NCBI GenBank assembly: GCA_964642915.1
Contig: CAZXPE010000002.1
Coordinates: forward strand, 1 to 46,580
Direction of reading: 5' to 3'
Origin: an uncultured bacterium
Lineage (GTDB): Bacteria > Methylomirabilota > Methylomirabilia > Rokubacteriales > CSP1-6
Length of the DNA: 46,580 nucleotides
Shown in pieces: positions 33,606 through 40,713 of this stretch. Within the stretch, counting starts at the first letter, position 1, and every line of letters starts with the position of its first letter. A program made the position numbers and the translations under genes. The notes below the pieces were generated by a model that had not been told where the DNA came from, ran no database searches, and saw nothing but the letters and a program-made list of their open reading frames with translations.

Positions 33606-34255
33606 ATGACCGCTCCCCGCTACGAATACACACGTCGGACCGTCCCCTCCCTTATCAGTTTGGGCCTGCTCGCGGCGGTCTCATTCCTTTCCTCGCCAGG
33701 CTTCGTTCCCACGCTGACCGCAATTGCCGTGGGCTTCGGGGTCGGTTGGGCAGCCGGTCATGCGACATGGATCGAGATTCAGAAACGGATTGATTCTCGT
33801 AATTCCATGATCATGTACTTCACAGACACCGCAGCATATGCGTTGCTGCTGCTGGCCTTTTTGGCGACGATTTTTCCCTACGCATTCGCCCGCTCCGCCG
33901 TCTTGGCCATTCGGCACCCGACTGCCTTCGGCGCGGTCCTCGTGTTCGTTGTCGCCGCCTCCGTCGGCTACAACCTGATGCTGATGCACTTCATGCGGCG
34001 CCATGAGCTGGCAGCAGGGCCTCTGCAGGTGAAGCGGTACTACGCTTCGAGTGTCGTCGGCGTGCAGGGAATGATCGGCAGAAGGGGACTGGTTATCCGT
34101 CCCTGTGCTCCAGAGGGCACGATACGGGTGGGTGCGGAGATTTGGAGCCATTGGCGATCGGGGATGCGGTGATAGCCGAGGGGACCAGCGTCATAGTAAG
34201 AGATGTGGTCAGGCTTCGATTGCACGTCGAACAGGAAGTGAGGTCTGAGGTCTAA
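33606..34255 (+). pseudogene. NfeD-like membrane protein (TM region plus C-terminal OB domain) interrupted by a 1-nt frameshift
   Basis: ORF 33606..34172 ends ...GTIRVGAEIWSHWRSGMR*. The -1 frame from 34145 reads EPLAIGDAVIAEGTSVIVRDVVRLRLHVEQEVRSEV* (stop at 34253-34255), which completes the NfeD OB-fold pattern (i..G..V.V..V...L.V). Confidence 0.55.
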
Positions 34256-34260
34256 CACAC

Positions 34261-34320
34261 GCATAGGTTGTATGGATAGATTTTGCAATCACACATTGTT
34301 GTAATGCAAGACCCGACCCC
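34261..34320. repeat. Copy B of a direct repeat of about 60 nt
   Basis: See copy A. Lies immediately after the NfeD-like reading frame ends. Confidence 0.7.
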
Positions 34321-34358
34321 CCTCAGGCAAGCGAAGGAGGCGACTGTCATCGAGGCCG

Positions 34359-34664
34359 TCAGGCTCCGCTTGCCTCTTTCACCAAAGCCCTGCGAAGAAG
34401 CGTTTTAATGTAGCTCTGGTACTTCGGGATCCCTTTGCGCCTCGCCAAACGCTTGGCAAGTTCCAGGTCCGCGATCGGAAGCCGGATATTGACCTGTTGG
34501 GTCGTCGGCTCAAGAACATAGGGACGCCTCAATTCCCCCCGATCATCCAGTTCCTCGTCCAGAAAGGCCGGATCAATCTCCTCCAGAATGCAATCAGGGC
34601 AAAACCACTGGCTCTGATCATCTTGGTACTTTTCCTCGCCGCACTTCCTGCACTTCTTCGTCAT
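34359..34664 (-). CDS. Zinc-ribbon plus ribbon-helix-helix (BrnA/CopG-like) antitoxin-type protein, no adjacent toxin
   Basis: Start at ATG 34664 (GAGGAG 6 nt upstream): MTKKCRKCGEEKYQDDQSQWFCPDC..., then ...QQVNIRLPIADLELAKRLARRKGIPKYQSYIKTLLRRAL (BrnA/COG3514-like pattern). Confidence 0.6.
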   Translation of the reverse strand: MTKKCRKCGEEKYQDDQSQWFCPDCILEEIDPAFLDEELDDRGELRRPYVLEPTTQQVNIRLPIADLELAKRLARRKGIPKYQSYIKTLLRRALVKEASGA

Positions 34665-34817
34665 TGTCATCTCCTCTTCATCTCGCGATGCCACAGCAAG
34701 ATCTGCTTCCTTTTCGAAGGCCAGGCAGTGACGATATGATAACGGTCACCGCCACGCCCCCCATCTTCTCTTCCTCCCGGCCCGTGCCGCGGGTGCACAG
34801 AGCCGGGCGCGCCTCAG

Positions 34818-35756
34818 TCAAGCCCCTGGTTGCTTCCAGTAGCTATCCACCTCCTCCTGGATCCGAGCGATGATCGCCTCTTGCTTCACCGGCTCGAAGA
34901 GGTGCCTGAAGCGCCCCTGGCCTCTGAGGTACTCCTCAACGGGCCGACGCCGGGCCGGGACGTGGGTGTGGACCACCGGCCCGCCGCCGACCGCCTCCCT
35001 CAGGGGAAAGAGGCCGGTCTCCACCTGGAGCCGCGCGTAGTTGATCGTCTTAGAAGGGTCGAACTCCCATCCTGTCGGGCACGGCGCAGCGGCGAGAAAG
35101 AGCTTCGGCCCGCGGATCGCCTTCGCTCGCTCGAACTTCCGCGCCAGGTCAACCGGATAGCGTGGAGAGACTGACGCAAGGTACGCGGGACGATGGGCCC
35201 GCCATATCCCAAAGAGGTCCTTTCTGCTTTGCGCCGTTCCCTCGGCGGTCCCGGAGGTCACAGGGGTGGTCCGGGTTCGCGCGGCGTACGGTGTGGCGCT
35301 CGACATCTGCACCCCGGTGTTGCCGTACGATTCGTTGTCGTAGCAGAAATACCAGAAATCGAGACCTCGCCAGATCGCCCCCGAGGTGGAGGAGAGCGCC
35401 ATGTCGTAAGTGGCGCCATCTCCCGCCACGACGACCACCTGGACGTCGTCCTCAGGCCTCACCCTGCCCCGCGCGATCAGGACGTCGAGGGCGTCGCGCA
35501 CTCCCTGGGCCCCCGCGGGGGCGCTCCCCATCGTCGTGTAAAGCCAGGATCCGCGGAACGGCGTGTAAGGAAAAACGGAGAGCATCGTGAAGCACCCCGC
35601 AGCGTTGACGTACACCACCCGGTCCCCAAGGACTTTAGCGGCCAATCGCAGCGCTTCCATCCCTCCGCAACCGCCGCAGACCGAGGTCCCGGGGAGGATG
35701 AACTCCTCTCGCGATAGATCTTTCAGATTCTTGTAAGCGGTCGCTTCCGGGTTCAC
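34818..35756 (-). CDS. porB: 2-oxoacid:ferredoxin oxidoreductase beta (TPP-binding) subunit
   Basis: 312 aa. ...CGGCGGMEALR...VVVAGDGATYDMALSS...CYDNESYGNTGVQ (TPP and Fe-S motifs of PorB/KorB). Confidence 0.9.
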   Translation of the reverse strand: MNPEATAYKNLKDLSREEFILPGTSVCGGCGGMEALRLAAKVLGDRVVYVNAAGCFTMLSVFPYTPFRGSWLYTTMGSAPAGAQGVRDALDVLIARGRVRPEDDVQVVVVAGDGATYDMALSSTSGAIWRGLDFWYFCYDNESYGNTGVQMSSATPYAARTRTTPVTSGTAEGTAQSRKDLFGIWRAHRPAYLASVSPRYPVDLARKFERAKAIRGPKLFLAAAPCPTGWEFDPSKTINYARLQVETGLFPLREAVGGGPVVHTHVPARRRPVEEYLRGQGRFRHLFEPVKQEAIIARIQEEVDSYWKQPGA

Positions 35757-36979
35757 GACACGACCTCCTTCCCGGCAATCTGAAGGAGTGTCTTCATTTG
35801 GAGCGCCTCGGCCTCTGTGAAGAGAAGCCTCGGCGGCGGAGCCTTTCCGGTGGCGGCGGCGAGACGGAGGTCTTCAATCACCTTCCCGAACTCCTGCTCG
35901 CCGATCTCCTTGCCCCCGAGCCCTCCCACATACGAGAGAAGCGGCGGGCGGTCCTCCTCGGCGTAGAGAGCGTGGGCGATCTCTCCCACTGTGATCCCTC
36001 CGAAGCCGATCGAGAGGTTCTGGTCTATCACCGCCACCGCCCGCCTCCCCAAGAGAGCGCTGCGGATCGCCTCGCGAGGAAACGGCCTCAGCACTCTGAG
36101 CCTGAGAAGGCCGAGCCTCACCCCATCGGCGCGGGCCCGGTCCACAGCCGCCCTCCCCTTGGTGGCGAACGAGTTCGACATGACCAGCACCAGCTCCGCA
36201 TCTGCGAGGCGATAGCCGTCCAGGAGGCCGTAGCGTCGCCCGAAGGCTTTCTCGAAGGCCGCTGCGGCCTCCTCGTGGACACTTAGAGCGTTCTCGGCGG
36301 CAAGCTGCATCTGATACCTGAAGTACGAATAGGCCGCTCCTCCCAGCACCGCCACACCCTGGGCCATGGGCCGCTCCCCCCTGATCCAGGCGTGCCGAGG
36401 GGCGTAGGTCCCCACATAAGCTCCCGCCATTCCGGCGGCGGGGATCTCAACAGGCTCGCGGGTGAACGACAGGGTGAAGCCGTCCATGTTCACGATGACG
36501 GGGAGGAGGACTCGCGGGTCTTCGGCGATCCGGTACGCCATCAGAACAGAGTCGAGCACCTCCTGGCAGCTCTCCGCGTGGATCTGGAGGCAGCCGCTGT
36601 CTCGCGCCGAAAGGACGTCGTTGTGGTCGGGCTCAAGCGTGACCGGCGAAGCGAGCCCGCGCGAAACGTTGACGAGGACGAACGGAACGCGCCACCCCGC
36701 CACCGTGTAGAGAAGCTCGAAGCCGTAGAGAAACCCCTGACTCGACGTGGCGGTGAAAACGCGGGCGCCTGCGGCTGCTGCTGCGCCGGCGGCGGTGAGC
36801 ATCGAGTGCTCCGAGTCCATGGTCACGAAGCGAGCCGGGATTTCCCCCGAGGCTGCCCACGCCGCCAGATCCTCGATGATCTCGGTCTGGGGAGTGATGG
36901 GAAACGCCGGGATGTAGTCCACGTCCGCCAGGCGCGCCCCCCACGCCGCCGCCGCGTTTCCTGTCAGCATCTCTTTCAT
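35753..36979 (-). CDS. porA: 2-oxoacid:ferredoxin oxidoreductase alpha subunit
   Basis: Start at ATG 36979 (MKEMLTGNAAAAWGARLADVDYIPAFPITPQTEI), an ATGA overlap with the upstream stop. 4-nt overlap with the beta subunit. Confidence 0.9.
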   Translation of the reverse strand: MKEMLTGNAAAAWGARLADVDYIPAFPITPQTEIIEDLAAWAASGEIPARFVTMDSEHSMLTAAGAAAAAGARVFTATSSQGFLYGFELLYTVAGWRVPFVLVNVSRGLASPVTLEPDHNDVLSARDSGCLQIHAESCQEVLDSVLMAYRIAEDPRVLLPVIVNMDGFTLSFTREPVEIPAAGMAGAYVGTYAPRHAWIRGERPMAQGVAVLGGAAYSYFRYQMQLAAENALSVHEEAAAAFEKAFGRRYGLLDGYRLADAELVLVMSNSFATKGRAAVDRARADGVRLGLLRLRVLRPFPREAIRSALLGRRAVAVIDQNLSIGFGGITVGEIAHALYAEEDRPPLLSYVGGLGGKEIGEQEFGKVIEDLRLAAATGKAPPPRLLFTEAEALQMKTLLQIAGKEVVS

Positions 36980-37896
36980 TGAGCGATCCGGGCCGGACTC
37001 CACCGGCGCCCCTCCCTGACTTTTTCGATGCAATGAAGCGGGCACTCCTCGACGCAGATGAGGCACCCCTTGCAGACTTCGAAGTCCACGAGGGGGTTAT
37101 CCTCGGCGTCGAGATCGATCGCCCCTTCCGGACAGCGGACGAAGCAGATCCAGCATTGGTTGCACTTGCTCAGGTCTACAACCGGGCGGAAGACACGCCA
37201 GTTGCCTGTCCTCCTGAGGCGGGTGTTCGGCTCGGCAGTCACCGTGGGAGCACCGGCCTCGGGGAGCGCATAGGCTACGTCCACAACCTGAGAGCCGCCA
37301 GGCGGAGATGCAGACGGCGCGGAAATCTCAATCGGCCCGATACCGGCCCGTGACAGCTCGGCGAGCCTGAGGTTGGCCTCAATCGCTCCCTGTGAGAGGC
37401 CGATCTCTTTCAGCTCGGAGTCGAGAGCCTCGACGGTGGCCTCTTTAGAAAGGCCCAAGAGCGCGCAAGCCGCTGAGGCGAGAGCGGCGGAGGCCCCCAC
37501 AGCGCCCCCCACCTGCTCGAGGGAGAGGGTAACGAAGTCGCGCGCCATGATCGGCCCGGGGTGCCCCGTGTAGCTACCCACCTCCTCGGCCGAATGTGAG
37601 GTCGAGATCAGAAGAGCGCCCGCCGGAGGGAGCCCGGCGAGAGGCTGATAGGTCGCGTCATCGAGGAGCGTGTCGTCAGCCACCACCACCAGGTCAGGCC
37701 TCGGGACCACTCCTCTTTCAAAGATCGCTCCCTTCGCGATCCTGACGAAGGCGGCCATCGGAGCCCCGCGCCTCTCCGCCCCGTAGACGGGGGAATCCTG
37801 GGCAACGAACCCGTCGAGGAGGGCGGCAGTGCCGACGATCCGGCTCGCGGTCTTCATCCCCTGGCCGCCGCGGCCGTGAAAGCGGACCCGGATCAT
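36976..37896 (-). CDS. 2-oxoacid:ferredoxin oxidoreductase gamma-delta fusion subunit
   Basis: Start at ATG 37896 (GGAGGAGG upstream): MIRVRFHGRGGQGMKTASRIVG (gamma). C-terminal 2x[4Fe-4S] ferredoxin region CNQCWICFVRCP...CKGCLICVEECP (delta). Confidence 0.85.
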   Translation of the reverse strand: MIRVRFHGRGGQGMKTASRIVGTAALLDGFVAQDSPVYGAERRGAPMAAFVRIAKGAIFERGVVPRPDLVVVADDTLLDDATYQPLAGLPPAGALLISTSHSAEEVGSYTGHPGPIMARDFVTLSLEQVGGAVGASAALASAACALLGLSKEATVEALDSELKEIGLSQGAIEANLRLAELSRAGIGPIEISAPSASPPGGSQVVDVAYALPEAGAPTVTAEPNTRLRRTGNWRVFRPVVDLSKCNQCWICFVRCPEGAIDLDAEDNPLVDFEVCKGCLICVEECPLHCIEKVREGRRWSPARIAQ

Positions 37897-38016
37897 AGAA
37901 CCTCCTCCTCCTTTCACCGAAAAAGAATAGAGCAATCCCGGTGCCAGGGGTGGTGCCTGACAACCCATTGATTCTCAAGAAACAAACCGGACGAACCGAA
38001 AGGCCGACCGGGAGAT

Positions 38017-38036
38017 GTGGGGCGCTTGTGCCCCAC
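38017..38036 (-). terminator. GC-rich hairpin downstream of the HAD/ATPase gene (weak intrinsic-terminator candidate)
   Basis: GTGGGGC-gcttgt-GCCCCAC, 7-bp stem, 18 nt after the stop at 38054. No clean U-tract follows. Confidence 0.3.
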
Positions 38037-38053
38037 CCCGCGTCCCACGCCCC

Positions 38054-39793
38054 CTACCTTTCAGGCCCGTAGCGGTTGGCGATCAACTTCATGATAGCCT
38101 GGCGGAGGTCAGGGATCTCTTCCCGGCGCCACCGCGCCTCGATCTTCCTGATCTGTCCCCCCAGCTCCCTGTCGGCGAACGCGTTAAGGAGCCAGCGCGA
38201 GAAATCTCCCCGCGCGGCATGAAAGGCAAGCGCCCTTTCCTCGACAGTTGCCACCGCCTGCCTGAACTCGCTCAAACTCTCAGCCGCCGCCACAAGCCGC
38301 CCGCCTGGATCACGGAAGAAGAAGCGCCGCTCCGGAGGGAGCGCTGAATCCGCGTACTTCCTCAGGTGTCTGACGTGCAAGGTCTCGCGCGGCGGCGCGG
38401 CGAACGCGAGGAAGCTCCGGCCGCCGCCTTCCTTCTCACGGACCAGGAGGAATTTCCCCTTCTGGAGGTGGGGCAATGCCAGGATAGCCTCGGCGCCGCC
38501 TCCGCGGGAGCCCCCGAGGAGAGACCTGAGAAAATACAGCTCTTCCGGAATGGTCGTGCTGGCCAGAATCAGGAGATCGACCACCTTCATCACAGATTCT
38601 CTGAGCCAGCTCGCCCGATAGGTGACCAGACAAAAGCCCTTATCCTCCAGGCCGACCGCCTGGTCCTCCACGCCTTCGGGGTGGAGTGAATAGTGGGCCT
38701 CATCGAGGACGACCCAGTGAGGCACACCGAGGCGGCGCCTGAGCCTCCGGATCAACTCAAGCCCTTTTCTGATGGCCGTCACCTTTTTCGCATGGGGGAG
38801 AGTAGAGAGGTCGGCGACGACGCAGGCCTGCGGGTCACGCTCGAGGCGGCCAAGCGCGCTCTCCAGTTGGGCCTCCTCAGTCACCTCGGCCCAGCTCACT
38901 CCGGGCAGCCGAGCCAGGACGTGGAAGTCCCCCTCGGGGTCTATGACGCACAGGGCGTAGCGTCGGGCGAGCAGGCGCTCTATCAGCCCGCCTGCCAGCC
39001 ACGACTTCCCCGAGAGCGGATCGCCCTGGATCAGCACGTTGATCCCGCGGGCGGGGATCGTCACCGTCTCTGAGCTTCCCACAGCCCAGCCGATGGCGAT
39101 CTGCTGGCGCTGGGAGCGAGAGGGCGGGAGAGACCCTGTCACTATCGGACCGGCGATCGCCTCAGCGACCGCCGCGCCGTCTTCTCCCGGGAAGACCCAG
39201 TCGGCGCGCTCCTTTAAGACATGGACAGCGCTGGAAGGACATCCCGCCCACCCGCAGGCGTCGAAGAGGTCGATGTCGTTCTCAGCGTCTCCCAACGCCA
39301 GCACGTCGTGAAACGACAGGCCGAGGTTGCTCACCACCTGCCTGACTGCGGCTCCTTTCGAGACCCCGGATGGCAGAAGCATCAGAGCGGCCCGGTTATA
39401 GACGATCTCCAGGCTCACCTGAGAGGCGGCAAGGCTCTCCCTCACGAGGGCCTCGTCTGAGCGCGCCGTCCCCACGATGATCCGCCCGGCCTGAAAGAAG
39501 ACCCCGCGCCGGTCCAGCTCGGCGAGCAGTCGGGACGGAGGGGGCGGGGCTTGGTCGCTGATGACTCCAGCAGCGGGGAAGTAGAGGACCCCACCGTTCT
39601 CGGCTACGACAGCGTCAAATAGGTCCAGCCGCTCGCAGACCCGGATCAACTCGAAAAACGTCCTCCCGGTGACGAGGATCAGGCGCAGCCCGGCCTGCCT
39701 GGCGCTCTCGAGGGCATGAAGCGCCGGAGGGCCGATCCTGTCCTCGGAAGCCAGCGTGCCGTCATAATCGCAGGCGAGCGCTTTCATGACCAT
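38054..39793 (-). CDS. Fusion protein: HAD-IIB (Cof-type) phosphatase domain plus HerA/DUF87-like P-loop ATPase domain
   Basis: Start probably ATG 39793 or 39787 (MVMKALACDYDGTLA, the DxDGT motif), with later GDAENDIDLF. Second half has Walker A GDPLSGKS and Walker B HWVVLDEAH. The N-terminal 57 codons in the ORF track lack support. Confidence 0.7.
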   Translation of the reverse strand: MVMKALACDYDGTLASEDRIGPPALHALESARQAGLRLILVTGRTFFELIRVCERLDLFDAVVAENGGVLYFPAAGVISDQAPPPPSRLLAELDRRGVFFQAGRIIVGTARSDEALVRESLAASQVSLEIVYNRAALMLLPSGVSKGAAVRQVVSNLGLSFHDVLALGDAENDIDLFDACGWAGCPSSAVHVLKERADWVFPGEDGAAVAEAIAGPIVTGSLPPSRSQRQQIAIGWAVGSSETVTIPARGINVLIQGDPLSGKSWLAGGLIERLLARRYALCVIDPEGDFHVLARLPGVSWAEVTEEAQLESALGRLERDPQACVVADLSTLPHAKKVTAIRKGLELIRRLRRRLGVPHWVVLDEAHYSLHPEGVEDQAVGLEDKGFCLVTYRASWLRESVMKVVDLLILASTTIPEELYFLRSLLGGSRGGGAEAILALPHLQKGKFLLVREKEGGGRSFLAFAAPPRETLHVRHLRKYADSALPPERRFFFRDPGGRLVAAAESLSEFRQAVATVEERALAFHAARGDFSRWLLNAFADRELGGQIRKIEARWRREEIPDLRQAIMKLIANRYGPER

Positions 39794-40017
39794 CAGGTCA
39801 TAATCTAGCAAAGAGGGTGCCGGGGTGCCAGAGGCCCTGAGTTCCGTGAGGTTCCGGGCCGTCCAGATCGCCCTGAAGGGACATGAGCGCCTCACCTGTG
39901 GTGGTAATTCCCGGAGCCGCCAGGGCGATTCGGCTGAGTTTTCGAGGGAATAGGCCGGAGGCATAAGGCTTGCACTAACAGCTTGATGGGGTTAAAAATG
40001 GCCTCGGAAGGAGGAAG

Positions 40018-40713
40018 ATGACAATGAAGATTGAAGAGATCATGACCCGGAAGGTGATAACGGTGCGCCCGGGAGCGACCATCCACGAGGCCGCTCAGCT
40101 CATGGTTGACCACGGCGTCAACGGCCTCCCGGTAGTGGACGAGAGCTGGAAGGTGGTCGGGATCGTCAGCGAGGGGGACCTGATCCTCCGCCAGAGGCCG
40201 CGGGAGCGGATCCCGTGGTGGCGCCTCTTCTTCGGTGACGGAGAGCAGCTCGCGCGCGACTACCAGAAGGCCCATGGGACCACCGTGGCTGAAGTCATGA
40301 CGCGATCTGTGATCTGCATTGACCCCAACCTCCCGATCGAGTCAGCGGCCCTCATTCTGGACGAGCGCCAGATTAGCCGGCTCCCAGTCGTCGCCGACGG
40401 CAGGCTCATTGGGATCGTGAGCCGCGGAGACCTGATCAAAGCTCTGGCTAAGACGCCTGCCGGAGAAGGGGCGCCACTCTCCGACTCACAGCTCGTCAGC
40501 GAGATGAAGCATCGGCTCTACGAAGAGCCCTGGGTCTCGAACCGAGGGATCGTGGTCCACGCCAAGGACGGCATCCTATCTCTCTGGGGGCTAGTGGCGA
40601 CCGAGACTGAGAAATCAGCCATTGAGACGATGGCGAGGACTATCGAGGGGGCGAAAGGGATCGACAGCCACCTGGTGGTCAAATCCGAAATCCCGTACCA
40701 CTACGGCGTCTAA
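40018..40713 (+). CDS. CBS-pair plus BON domain protein
   Basis: 231 aa. Two CBS motifs (IMTRKVITVRPGATI...LPVVDESWKVVGIVSEGDL; VMTRSVICIDPNLPI...LPVVADGRLIGIVSRGDL), then a BON-like C-terminus (VVHAKDGILSLWGLVATETEKSAIE). Confidence 0.8.
   Translation: MTMKIEEIMTRKVITVRPGATIHEAAQLMVDHGVNGLPVVDESWKVVGIVSEGDLILRQRPRERIPWWRLFFGDGEQLARDYQKAHGTTVAEVMTRSVICIDPNLPIESAALILDERQISRLPVVADGRLIGIVSRGDLIKALAKTPAGEGAPLSDSQLVSEMKHRLYEEPWVSNRGIVVHAKDGILSLWGLVATETEKSAIETMARTIEGAKGIDSHLVVKSEIPYHYGV

Noticed and set aside
34040-34288. 82-aa minus-strand ORF overlapping the end of the NfeD-like gene.
   Set aside because: It shadows the frameshifted NfeD OB-domain coding region, which has a clear family pattern on the plus strand. 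It has no RBS or motif.
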